From: Acidobacteriota bacterium
GTDB taxonomy: Bacteria; Acidobacteriota; Vicinamibacteria; Vicinamibacterales; 2-12-FULL-66-21
Assembly: GCA_046734955.1 (NCBI GenBank)
Contig: JBKPSH010000004.1
Location: 43,944-107,943, forward strand
Direction: 5' to 3'
Length of the DNA: 64,000 nucleotides
The notes beneath the pieces were generated by a model, which was not told the origin of the DNA, ran no database searches, and worked only from the letters and a program-made list of their open reading frames with translations. Shown piece after piece: positions 40,176 through 49,231 of the stretch (position 1 is the stretch's first letter; each line of letters opens with the position of its first letter). The translations under genes and the position numbers were made by a program.

Positions 40176-40679
40176 GTGAACTGCGTCAATTGTGGCGCCG
40201 CGATGGCGCTCAACCCTCGCGGCTACTACGTGTGCGCGCATTGCGGAACGACTTCTTTTCCTGAAGCGATCAGCCGCGACGGCATCCGGATCCTCGGCCC
40301 AGGCGATGCGAACGTTCGTTGTTCGTGCTGCAAGACAGCGTTCGTGCGCGGCATGCTCGACGAATTTCAGGTCGATTATTGCGAGAGCTGCCGCGGGCTG
40401 CTGCTTGCCCGGCGTGACTTCGCGGAAGTCGTGCGTCGGCGCCGGGCGTGGGCGCAGGGTCAATCGGTACCGCCAGTGCACACGTCCGCGGCGGAGCTGC
40501 GCCGGCGAATCAACTGTCCAAAATGCGGCACACAGATGACCACCGACTGGTACTACGGCCCAGGGAACGTCGTTCTGGATCGCTGCGTCGCCTGTGATGT
40601 CGTGTGGCTCGATTACGGGGAGTTGAAGCAGATCGTGGATGCACCGGGCGAGGATCGCGGGTCGCGTGACCTGACCTGA
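40176..40679 (+). CDS. Zn-ribbon (zf-TFIIB-like) protein
   Basis: Six CxxC motifs; VWLDYGEL. Confidence 0.8.
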   Translation: MNCVNCGAAMALNPRGYYVCAHCGTTSFPEAISRDGIRILGPGDANVRCSCCKTAFVRGMLDEFQVDYCESCRGLLLARRDFAEVVRRRRAWAQGQSVPPVHTSAAELRRRINCPKCGTQMTTDWYYGPGNVVLDRCVACDVVWLDYGELKQIVDAPGEDRGSRDLT

Positions 40680-40707
40680 GCCTCGATCTATGATCTAGTC
40701 AATACAT

Positions 40708-41154
40708 ATGACTCTTCGACGGATCACCCTCGTGTTCGTAACCGCGATACTCGCGGCCGCGGCCGCGGCCTGCGGAGACTCTCCGACCGCTCCCTCCACG
40801 GCACCATACAAGCAGACCGACGTGCGCGTCGGCTCCGGAACCGAAGCGACCGCTGGTGCGGTCGTGACGGTGATTTACACCGGCTGGTTGTACGACGCCG
40901 CGAAGCTGGATGGCAAGGGACTGCAGTTCGACACGTCTATCGGTGGCGACCCCTTTGCGTTCACACTTGGTGGAGGACAGGTGATTCAGGGTTGGGACCA
41001 AGGGATCAGCGGGATGAAAGTCGGGGGCCTGCGACGCCTGGTCATCCCGCCATCGCTCGGGTATGGGCCAGTTCGATACGGTCCGATTCCGCCAGACGCA
41101 ACCCTCGTCTTCGACATCGAATTGACCGACGTCCAAACATCAGCGGCGCAGTAG
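40708..41154 (+). CDS. FKBP-type peptidyl-prolyl isomerase (lipoprotein)
   Basis: Lipobox AAAC; YTGWL, VIQGWDQG, IPPSLGYG. Confidence 0.93.
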   Translation: MTLRRITLVFVTAILAAAAAACGDSPTAPSTAPYKQTDVRVGSGTEATAGAVVTVIYTGWLYDAAKLDGKGLQFDTSIGGDPFAFTLGGGQVIQGWDQGISGMKVGGLRRLVIPPSLGYGPVRYGPIPPDATLVFDIELTDVQTSAAQ

Positions 41155-41203
41155 GCTCTTGGCACCCCTGGCCCCCTTGGCACCCTTGGCACCCTTGGCA
41201 CCC
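41155..41203. repeat. 9-bp tandem array (GGCACCC[T/C]T)
   Basis: Between two convergent stop codons. Confidence 0.9.
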
Positions 41204-41207
41204 AGTT

Positions 41208-42227
41208 TCACCGTTTTCCAATCTTCACGCGTCCGCCGACGGTGAAGTGACGCAGCCGATCGTCAAATATCACCTCGCCTCCTGTCGTCGGCGTTCCTTT
41301 GAGTTTGCCAAAGGCGGCTTCGCCGTAGATCGCCAGCCAGGACGAGGTCCAGATCTCGAGGCCGGGACCCCAGATCCATCCCCACCCTCGCGTCTCGACG
41401 AGAAAATTCTGCGACGCGCTGTTGATCGTTTCATGCGTCGTGAGGGTCGCATCCTGAAAGGTCGTCCCGATGAGTCCTGAAATTCGTGCCGGACCGATTG
41501 GAATGCCGACGCGGCCGCCGAAGATCAGGACATTCGGTTCGAGCGTGCTGTCGAATGAATAATTGCTGCCGCTGCCACTTGCCGTCACCTTTGGTGGCCT
41601 GAAGTAGCTCGCGGTCCCTGCGATCCAGGGCTTGAGCCACAGGTCGAATCCAGCGGTGTAGCTGAATCCGGCGTCGTGACCGCTGCATGTTGGCGCGTTG
41701 CCGCATGAAATCAGCACGGCATCGCGCAGGTCGGCGCGGCCGACGCCGCCAAAAAGGACCAGCCCGGTCGGCGAAGCGCTCCAGCTCTTCGCACGGTTTG
41801 GGTCGTACGATCCCTTGATCAGCATCATCGTGGGATTCGCCCCGCCGAGATCGACAACAAGCGTGTTGTCGCGGCGGACGAGATAGAGGCCCAGAATCTC
41901 GCGCCGTTCGCAGCCGGGCTCCTGAGTCGCGGCCGGCTGGCCGCGCTCGACAACGATCACTTTGCGGATCTTGTCGCAGGCGTCGACGAAGACGTTCGCA
42001 TCGATTTCGGTTTTGCCTGCGTTGTTCTCGCGAAGATTCAGCGGCAACCTGATGTCGCTGCCGCTCGCGTCGACCACGGCGTTGGCCACCTTCGTCGCGT
42101 TCAGGAAAACTTCAACAGTGTCTCCGCCCGGCACGTGCCGGACCATTACCGTTTGAGCACTCGCCTTGACACTTCCTATTGCCATCAACAGCGCGGCCGC
42201 CACGAGCAGCCGCAGACGATTCATCAT
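41208..42227 (-). CDS. Secreted protein with a probable C-terminal outer-membrane beta-barrel
   Basis: Signal peptide; alternating amphipathic strands in the C-terminal half. Confidence 0.55.
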   Translation of the reverse strand: MMNRLRLLVAAALLMAIGSVKASAQTVMVRHVPGGDTVEVFLNATKVANAVVDASGSDIRLPLNLRENNAGKTEIDANVFVDACDKIRKVIVVERGQPAATQEPGCERREILGLYLVRRDNTLVVDLGGANPTMMLIKGSYDPNRAKSWSASPTGLVLFGGVGRADLRDAVLISCGNAPTCSGHDAGFSYTAGFDLWLKPWIAGTASYFRPPKVTASGSGSNYSFDSTLEPNVLIFGGRVGIPIGPARISGLIGTTFQDATLTTHETINSASQNFLVETRGWGWIWGPGLEIWTSSWLAIYGEAAFGKLKGTPTTGGEVIFDDRLRHFTVGGRVKIGKR

Positions 42228-42310
42228 CCGCACTCCTTACGCCCGTAAATTATGGTTCAGAACGCCAACATCAATCTACGGGCGGACGAATCCGAGTGCG
42301 AACGAGACGC

Positions 42311-44224
42311 TCATTTTGGCAGCGACTTCACCATCTCGCATGCTTGCGGCAAACCACCGTCGCAGCTCTTCGTGAGCAGCTGGCGCGCCTTCGCGATGTC
42401 GGGCTTTGGCCGCGACGCCAGGATGACCGCCCACTGCGTGCAGCTGTCGAGGAGCCCTCCGTCACAGAGTTGTTCCAAGGACGATAGCGCACGCGGTTCG
42501 TCTTTCGGAACGCCGCTGCCACGGAACTGCAACATCGCCGTGACCAGGCAGGCGCGCTTCTCTCCCTCGGCGCATCTCGTCTCGGCGAGGGGCGCGAGTT
42601 GCGCACATGCCCCTGCATCATTCTTCTGACAGGACGCAATCAGCGCGTTCGGATCCGGAGCGGGGTGAGCGGGTATGTTCGCGCTCCCGCCGCCGGCCGT
42701 ACTCGGCGTTGATGCCGGCGCGCCTGGTTTGTCAGCGGGAATGGTCGAGAGAAACCGCTGCGCTTCGGCGCGTTCCTGATCCGTGGCGGCGATCGTTACG
42801 GCCAGCTGCGCGGCTTTGCGTGCATCGGTAAGGTTATTGAACCGCCACAAGACGCGTGCGGCTGTGAGCCGGTACCAGGAGCTCGATGGCTCGAGCTCCA
42901 CTGCCCGGAGAATCGAGGGCATCACGTCCGCCGACGGCCGCCCAAGAGCGGCGCGAACTTCGGCGAGACTGGCGTGAGCGGCGGCGAAGGATGGATTCAA
43001 TGTCACCGCGCGAGTGAGACCGGTTTCCATTTGCTTCAGTGTTTCTTGATCCGGTTGCGGACCTGCCGGCCATTTCAGCATCGCAGCACGATAATGCGCG
43101 TAGGCGTTAGGCGTTCCCATCTCCGCCGCCTTCGCGAACGCTGCCTGCGCCTCCTCGTCCTTGTCGGTTGTGTCAAGGAGCAGCCCCTCGGAGACGAAAG
43201 CGGCAACGTTGCTGGCATCGGCCTTCCGCGCCTCCTCGATCAACGCGCGCGCCTCCGTGGGGCGGTTCATCGCCACGTGAAACGCAGCTCGACTCGCCGC
43301 CGCATCGGCAAGGCTCAGCGGACGCGCCTGGAATTTCTCCGTGGCGACGGCGGCGTCTAGGTTCACGCGACTGTAACTGTAGATGCTGTTGTTGATATAG
43401 GCGACGAACGGAGATTCGAGATCCTCGACCCGTCCGATCGCTTCAGTGAAGGCGGCCTCCGCCTCTTTGCCGCTCGACAACAGGTTCGAGAACCGATTGA
43501 TCGCTGATCGATGTACGCCCTTGTCCCCAAACATCAGGAAGTGCACGAACGCCCAGGCTTGGGGGTCGAATTGCTCGCGACCGTTGGCTTGTCGGTACTC
43601 GGGCGATTTTCGTGTCACGCTGATCAGTTGCCGGAGAGACAGTCGCGACTGAGTGCGGAGCGCCTCCAGATGCCACGGGATCGGTGGACCGAGCAGAATG
43701 AATTTGTCCCGTACGATTGTGTTGCTCACGACGCCGGCGAGGCCGATGGAGAACCACAGCGGCAAGTCGCGCTCAAAACTTGAATGCAGGATGAGACCGG
43801 CGTAGCTGAAGTATGCGCTGATGTATGGGTTCAATGTGGTGGTGTCGTCCCCACGTTGATCCGTCCGAATCAACATGTAGTGCTGATCGGGGCCGGTAAC
43901 CGACACGCTGACGGGATGAAGGCTGCCGCGGCGTTCCCAATATTCGGGCGCCAGGAGACGCATCGTCGCCTCATCCTTCGCGCCAATCACGAGGACCGGC
44001 TTCGGCAGATCACTTTTCATCCACGGCCACAGCGCTGCCATCGCGCTGCGAATCTGCTCGAACTGCCACAGTACGCTACGGGTGGAGCCCTCGCCGCCAT
44101 TTGACACCGCCTTGAAATGCGGGCTTTGCATCTCCAGCCACGTGTCTGCGGCGGTTGCGGAACGCGGAGCCAATCCTGCGAGCACTCCGACAACGAGAAT
44201 CAACGCCGTTTGGATTCTTGGCAT
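42311..44224 (-). CDS. Secreted TPR/Sel1-like repeat protein with a degenerate peptidase-MA-like N-terminal domain
   Basis: WLEMQSPHF, PLWFSIGLA, AWAFVHFLM, TPR helices, Cys-rich Sel1/Hcp-like repeats. Confidence 0.65.
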   Translation of the reverse strand: MPRIQTALILVVGVLAGLAPRSATAADTWLEMQSPHFKAVSNGGEGSTRSVLWQFEQIRSAMAALWPWMKSDLPKPVLVIGAKDEATMRLLAPEYWERRGSLHPVSVSVTGPDQHYMLIRTDQRGDDTTTLNPYISAYFSYAGLILHSSFERDLPLWFSIGLAGVVSNTIVRDKFILLGPPIPWHLEALRTQSRLSLRQLISVTRKSPEYRQANGREQFDPQAWAFVHFLMFGDKGVHRSAINRFSNLLSSGKEAEAAFTEAIGRVEDLESPFVAYINNSIYSYSRVNLDAAVATEKFQARPLSLADAAASRAAFHVAMNRPTEARALIEEARKADASNVAAFVSEGLLLDTTDKDEEAQAAFAKAAEMGTPNAYAHYRAAMLKWPAGPQPDQETLKQMETGLTRAVTLNPSFAAAHASLAEVRAALGRPSADVMPSILRAVELEPSSSWYRLTAARVLWRFNNLTDARKAAQLAVTIAATDQERAEAQRFLSTIPADKPGAPASTPSTAGGGSANIPAHPAPDPNALIASCQKNDAGACAQLAPLAETRCAEGEKRACLVTAMLQFRGSGVPKDEPRALSSLEQLCDGGLLDSCTQWAVILASRPKPDIAKARQLLTKSCDGGLPQACEMVKSLPK

Positions 44225-44303
44225 AGGCCCCTCGGAAATAAGCGCGTGAAATATATCCCAAAGGCAACATTGGGTTGCCTTTTCCCTTCCGCGAAGCGGG
44301 GAT

Positions 44304-44319
44304 TGGCACGTATTCAGCA
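44304..44319 (+). promoter_or_regulatory. sigma54-type promoter
   Basis: TGGCACGTATTCAGCA (canonical -24 box, GG-N10-GC); inverted repeat aaaggcaac/gttgccttt at 44260-44282. Confidence 0.65.
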
Positions 44320-44364
44320 CGGAGGCAGCCAGATCAGCCGGAGACGCCGGAAAAGATTACAAAT

Positions 44365-45063
44365 ATGTTCACCCGTGTGCCATTTCGGCAGTTGGTGACG
44401 CCACTGCTCGTCGCAGGCGCGCTCGCCATGGTACACATCCCAGATGTGCGTGCGGCGCGCGTATCCGGGCGGATCACGGGTGTCGTCCATCTCGTTGCAC
44501 TCGCTGGCACACCACTGCGCTCCGGTGCGTATCCCTCCCGCCGTGTCAATCCAAAAACGCCCGACGCGGCCGAGATCGTAAACGTCGTCGTCTTCGTCAA
44601 AGACGCGCCCAACGAGGAGGAGCTTGCGCCAACTCGCGCATCGATCAGTCAACGCGATGAATCGTTCGTGCCGCGCGTAGTTGCCGTCACTCGAGGCTCG
44701 AGCGTGGAATTCCCGAATTTCGATCCGTACTTTCACAACGTGTTCTCGCTGTCGCGCGCGCTGACGTTCGATCTCGGCCGATTCCGAAAGGGTGAAAAAC
44801 GAGAACGCGTCTTTCCGCGCGCCGGCGTCGTGAAGGTCTACTGCCATATCCACTCCGAGATGGCCGCAACGATCATGGTGTTCGATAACCGCCTGTATGC
44901 GACGCCAGCGGCGAACGGATCGTTCGCCATTGATGGCGTCCCGCCCGGCACATATCAACTGAGCGCCTGGCACGAGCGCATCGGCGAGACGACCAAGCCG
45001 ATTAAAGTCGTTGCCGGCGACGATGCGAGCGTCGAGTTTTCGCTGCCGGTTGTCGAAAAGTAG
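44365..45063 (+). CDS. Exported cupredoxin-like protein with carboxypeptidase-regulatory-like segments
   Basis: FVPRVVAV, FPNFDPYFHNVFS, YCHIHSEM, VPPGTYQLSAWHE. Confidence 0.78.
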   Translation: MFTRVPFRQLVTPLLVAGALAMVHIPDVRAARVSGRITGVVHLVALAGTPLRSGAYPSRRVNPKTPDAAEIVNVVVFVKDAPNEEELAPTRASISQRDESFVPRVVAVTRGSSVEFPNFDPYFHNVFSLSRALTFDLGRFRKGEKRERVFPRAGVVKVYCHIHSEMAATIMVFDNRLYATPAANGSFAIDGVPPGTYQLSAWHERIGETTKPIKVVAGDDASVEFSLPVVEK

Positions 45064-45066
45064 TCA

Positions 45067-46803
45067 ATGACTCAGCGCACTCCGCCACGCTTCGTCATCC
45101 GCACGCTTGTGGCGACGCTGGCGACAGTCGCGTTCGTCCTGTCAGCCGTCCTGCTCGTCGTGACGCTCAACGTTCAGACCAGCGTGCGCACCGTCGTCGT
45201 CGATCGACTGGAAAGGGTTCAGTTCCTCCTGGCGGAGCTCGAGAAGCGGCGGGGCCACGAACTGCACGCGCAGGTCAAGGTGCTCGCGGAGAATTCGACG
45301 CTGAAAGCCGCCATCGATACGTATCACACTGAGCTTCGCACCACGAATGCGGCCGGCCGTCAGGATCTGCTCGCCACGATTGCACGCGAGCTCGACAAAC
45401 TTGCGGCCCGGATTGATCCCGACGTGCTCGAGGTTCGCAGCGCGTCTGGCGAAATCCTTGGCATTGCCGGAAGACGGGCCGGCGAGTGGCCGGCCTTCGC
45501 CCGCGTCAATGCCCCTCGCCAGGACGCGGAAGCGACGTTTGTCACAACCCCCTCCGGCGGAATCTTTCGACTCGCGTCGGTTCCTGTTGTCCTGCAAGGT
45601 ACCGAACTCGGCACGCTGAGCCTCGCCAGCGCGCTCAACGAACGGTATGCGACGGAAATCTCCGAGCTCTCTGGTGCGCGCACGCTGATCCTCTCGGACG
45701 ACCACGTTGTGACCTCGACGCTGCCGCCCGACTCGCTCAGGGAGCTTAACGCTGGCGTCGTTCACGAGATGGCGAGAGAGAACGTGGTCACCCTTGGAGG
45801 ATCGCAGTTCGCGGTACAACGGCTGCTCGACATCCCTGCACAGGTCCCCTCACCGATGGGCCATCAGGGCGGAGCGCAGGTCTACGTGCTCGATTCGATC
45901 GACGCGTCGGCACGCCCGTTCATCGCCAAGGCACTGCGGACGATGGGGTGGATTGCACTCGGCGCGTTCATGCTCGCGACTCTGGCGAGTGTCTGGCTCT
46001 CCCGCACGATCGCCCGTCCCATCGACACGCTGTCGGCGTCACTCAGCAACATGACCGAGACACGGAACTTCGACAATCCGCTGACACCCGGCGGCGACGT
46101 GCTCGAGGTTGACGCGCTGACGATCACCTTCAACACGATGATCCAGTCGGTGAAGGCAGCGGAAGAGAAAAGGCTCAGCGCGTATGTTGGAACGATCCGC
46201 GCATTGGCGCTGGCGCTCGACGCGCGCGATCCATACACGGCCGGCCACTCCGAACGGGTCAGCGCTCTATCGTTGGCCATCGGCCGCTGCCTGTGGCTCG
46301 ACGACGCGCAGCTCGAAGTCCTTCGACTCGGCGCGCTGCTTCACGACATTGGAAAGATTGGGATCAGCGATCAGGTGCTGATGAAGCCGGGACCGCTCAC
46401 CGGCGAGGAATACGAGATCATCAAGCAGCATCCGGCCGTCGGCGCGCGCATTCTCCGCAGCGTGCCGTTCCTCGAGCCGCACATTCCCATCGTGGAGCTG
46501 CACCACGAACGGCCGGATGGCAAGGGTTATCCATACGGACTGCGCGGCACCGAGATTCCGCTCGTCGCGAGCATTGTCCACGTCGCTGATGCGTTTGACG
46601 CCATTACGAGCGCGCGCGCCTACCGCCCTGCCCGCGCGGCGTCGGAGGGGCTGCGCGAGCTGTGGCGATGTGCCGGCGCGCAGTTCGATGCCGAAGTCGT
46701 TCACGCGCTCGTCAAGGCGCTCCCCGACATCGATCGATCCCGGTCGATCGCTGACAGCGCGCTGAGGCCGGTTCCGGTCGCGGTCAGGGCTTTGCGCGCA
46801 TGA
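45067..46803 (+). CDS. Membrane HAMP + HD-GYP cyclic-dinucleotide phosphodiesterase
   Basis: Two TM helices flanking a sensor domain; GHSERV, HDIGKIG, HHERPDGKGYP. Confidence 0.9.
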   Translation: MTQRTPPRFVIRTLVATLATVAFVLSAVLLVVTLNVQTSVRTVVVDRLERVQFLLAELEKRRGHELHAQVKVLAENSTLKAAIDTYHTELRTTNAAGRQDLLATIARELDKLAARIDPDVLEVRSASGEILGIAGRRAGEWPAFARVNAPRQDAEATFVTTPSGGIFRLASVPVVLQGTELGTLSLASALNERYATEISELSGARTLILSDDHVVTSTLPPDSLRELNAGVVHEMARENVVTLGGSQFAVQRLLDIPAQVPSPMGHQGGAQVYVLDSIDASARPFIAKALRTMGWIALGAFMLATLASVWLSRTIARPIDTLSASLSNMTETRNFDNPLTPGGDVLEVDALTITFNTMIQSVKAAEEKRLSAYVGTIRALALALDARDPYTAGHSERVSALSLAIGRCLWLDDAQLEVLRLGALLHDIGKIGISDQVLMKPGPLTGEEYEIIKQHPAVGARILRSVPFLEPHIPIVELHHERPDGKGYPYGLRGTEIPLVASIVHVADAFDAITSARAYRPARAASEGLRELWRCAGAQFDAEVVHALVKALPDIDRSRSIADSALRPVPVAVRALRA

Positions 46804-47942
46804 CGAGTCAGCCAATCCGTCGAAGGGCGATCGGTGGCGTCGCCGCACTCTACCTCCTCGCCGGCGTCGTCGACGCACACGCGCAGGATCCGACCGGGCA
46901 TGTCGCAGTAGAAGCTGTCGCGTCGGCGTCCGTCTCTTCCGCCGATGACGGCGATCCGTTTCTCATCTTCGATCAGACAAGTACGGTCGGCGTCGGACGC
47001 GGCTGGGATGTCGTCGTTCGTCCGTGGGCCCGGCGCATGCCAGGGGGGGACTGGGCCGCCGAGATGTACCAACTTCAGGTGCGGTACACCTCATCCACAC
47101 GCATTCCGGTTCGACTCGATGCCGGCATTATTTGTTCGCCGATCGGTCTATCGACACTCGAGCTCAGGCCCGACGTGAATCCGACGATCGGGGCACCGTT
47201 CTATTACTTCGTCCCGCTGCCGGCGTTCGACGGCAATTTCGATCGCGTCACGTTGATCTCCGGCGGCTATCCGCTTGGCGCGATCGTAAGCGCATCAGGG
47301 GCGCACTGGGATGTCCGCGGCGGCGTGACCGACGCGACACCGACCCGGGCGCGAAGCGTCTTCAGTAGTTCCAAGGACCCAAGCGCAACGCAGTTTGTCG
47401 TCGGCGGTGGGATAACACCTCTTGCCGGCTTGCGCCTTGGTGGCGCCTTTGCCGCCGGTCGTTATCGCATCGACATGCTGTCGCAAAGGACGATGCTGAT
47501 TCCCGCCGGAAGTTACGGCACGCCGTACACGACAAATGGGATCGTCGCAAAGGGCACGCCCCTTCCAGATGGGTCAGTGAGTGTATACAACGTCGAAGGT
47601 GAATACGCGTTCGGCTACACGCGAATCACCGGTGAACTCGTCGTCGATCGATTTGACACGATGATCTCGCCGGCCGTGTCGCGCGGTGTCGATCTTCTCG
47701 CGGTGCACACGCTGTCGCCGCGGTGGTTTGTCGCAGGCCGAACCGTGCGCGCGTCGACGCCTGTTCTCTCGGGACCGACTGCCGGACGACGAATCGCGAA
47801 GAGCGCAGAAGCGACACTTGGTTATCGTCTCAACCGCACCATCACGTTACGAACGGCCTATCAAGGATCGACATCGTTCAGTCGTCCCACCTGGCAGCAC
47901 GCGATTGCGTTTTCGACCGTCTGGTCGCAGCGCTGGTGGTAG
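46800..47942 (+). CDS. Probable outer-membrane beta-barrel protein
   Basis: Signal peptide, amphipathic strands, aromatic C-terminus (QRWW); ATGA-coupled to the HD-GYP gene. Confidence 0.65.
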   Translation: MTSQPIRRRAIGGVAALYLLAGVVDAHAQDPTGHVAVEAVASASVSSADDGDPFLIFDQTSTVGVGRGWDVVVRPWARRMPGGDWAAEMYQLQVRYTSSTRIPVRLDAGIICSPIGLSTLELRPDVNPTIGAPFYYFVPLPAFDGNFDRVTLISGGYPLGAIVSASGAHWDVRGGVTDATPTRARSVFSSSKDPSATQFVVGGGITPLAGLRLGGAFAAGRYRIDMLSQRTMLIPAGSYGTPYTTNGIVAKGTPLPDGSVSVYNVEGEYAFGYTRITGELVVDRFDTMISPAVSRGVDLLAVHTLSPRWFVAGRTVRASTPVLSGPTAGRRIAKSAEATLGYRLNRTITLRTAYQGSTSFSRPTWQHAIAFSTVWSQRWW

Positions 47943-47986
47943 GGGAAACAACCTACTTTCTTTTCGTCCCCGCCGCGGAATCTTGC

Positions 47987-48015
47987 TTGACACTCTCACG
48001 TGAGAGGTCCATCCT
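47987..48015 (+). promoter_or_regulatory. sigma70-type promoter with a palindromic spacer
   Basis: TTGACA-17 bp-CATCCT; the spacer contains the perfect palindrome CTCTCACGTGAGAG. Confidence 0.55.
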
Positions 48016-48021
48016 CTCCTC

Positions 48022-48198
48022 GATCGCCTTCTGTGGAGGAGGCTCCATGGATACGCCACCGGGCTAACAACGGCGTCACGGGGTTCTGCCGCACGCCGAC
48101 CGCGCGGCCTTTCGGATTTTCATCCGGGCGCGCGGCCCCACTCACAAGCGCGACAGAACCCCGCGAAAGCCTAGCGTTGATTTCCTGCCGCGGCCTTC
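48022..48198 (+). ncRNA. Candidate structured RNA/leader (unassigned), containing the uORF MDTPPG at 48047-48067
   Basis: Nested stems visible by eye, e.g. 48077-48092 with 48150-48165. Confidence 0.4.
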
Positions 48199-48200
48199 AC

Positions 48201-48229
48201 TCAGCAATCAACAATCAGCATTCAGCAAC
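48201..48229. repeat. 7-bp array (TCAGCAA)x4
   Basis: Same family as 19797-19919. Confidence 0.8.
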
Positions 48230-48271
48230 TTCAGTAAGCGCTCGTTCAGCTTGCCGAAATGATAAGGATGA

Positions 48272-48637
48272 GTGAAAGTAGAACCCATGCGCAGCGGAAC
48301 GGCACTCATCATCAAGGGAGAACTGATCGCAAGTGAAGACGTGATGATCGATGGTCTCTTCGAGGGCACCATCGACCTCAAGGGACACAATCTCGTCGCC
48401 GCTGCGGGGTCACGGGTTCACGCCGCAGTCACGGCACGCACGGTCACCGTCGATGGGTACCTCGAGGGCCATATTACGGCAGACAGCGTCGATATCGGCC
48501 CCACCGCCACGGTCGAGGCGAACGTGATTGCCAAGCACTTCTCACTCGAAGAAGGCGCGCAGTTCAGAGGCGCCGTCAATACGGAGCGCGCGCGCGCCGC
48601 CGGTAACATCGCGCGCCATCGTCTGCGTCCGCAGTAA
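48272..48637 (+). CDS. Bactofilin (polymer-forming cytoskeletal protein)
   Basis: IIKGEL...IDG..EGTI...V.G...GHI.A...LEEGAQFRG beta-helix repeats; start 48272 or 48287. Confidence 0.85.
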   Translation: MKVEPMRSGTALIIKGELIASEDVMIDGLFEGTIDLKGHNLVAAAGSRVHAAVTARTVTVDGYLEGHITADSVDIGPTATVEANVIAKHFSLEEGAQFRGAVNTERARAAGNIARHRLRPQ

Positions 48638-48651
48638 CGTTGAACTCTGAC

Positions 48652-48669
48652 TTCCACCTGAAGGTGGAC
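48652..48669. repeat. Short REP palindrome
   Basis: tccacct-ga-aggtgga, related to 54017-54039. Confidence 0.5.
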
Positions 48670-48751
48670 CCCCCAATAATCCGTCATTTGGCATAAACCT
48701 TCCAAGCGTCACACCCGTTCCGATTGATCGACGACAAACGGGGGTGACTTG

Positions 48752-49231
48752 ATGGACGAACAATACAGCTCGACTGAGAGCACCGGGCTGATGGACAAAG
48801 TGCGGCAGGGCGCGACGTCTCAACTCAGCACGCAGAAGAACAAAGCGACGGACGGCATCGGCACCGTGGCGCACGCCGTGAAGCAGGCCTCGCAGCAACT
48901 GCGAACACAACAACACGACACCATCGCCAATTACATCGACCAGGCGGCGAATCAGCTGGAGCAGTTCTCCGCGCGGATCCGCGACAAGGACGTGGGAGAG
49001 CTCGTGCGCGAGGCGCAGCAGTTCGCCCGGCGCAGGCCGGCGGTGTTCATTGGATCGGCATTCGCGATCGGCTTGCTGGGCGCGCGGTTCCTCAAGAGCT
49101 CGCGCGACCGCGATGGACGAAACTCGTACGCGAGATCATCCACGGGCTACAGCACAGGCTACGGTACGCCGCCGGTGGCCACCTCGCCATCGACACGCAC
49201 AGGGGGCGCCACGTATGGCTCCGAAAGATGA
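48752..49231 (+). CDS. Helical stress-type hypothetical protein (ElaB/YqjD-like tail anchor)
   Basis: QFARRRPAVFIGSAFAIGLLGARFLKSS. Confidence 0.75.
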   Translation: MDEQYSSTESTGLMDKVRQGATSQLSTQKNKATDGIGTVAHAVKQASQQLRTQQHDTIANYIDQAANQLEQFSARIRDKDVGELVREAQQFARRRPAVFIGSAFAIGLLGARFLKSSRDRDGRNSYARSSTGYSTGYGTPPVATSPSTRTGGATYGSER

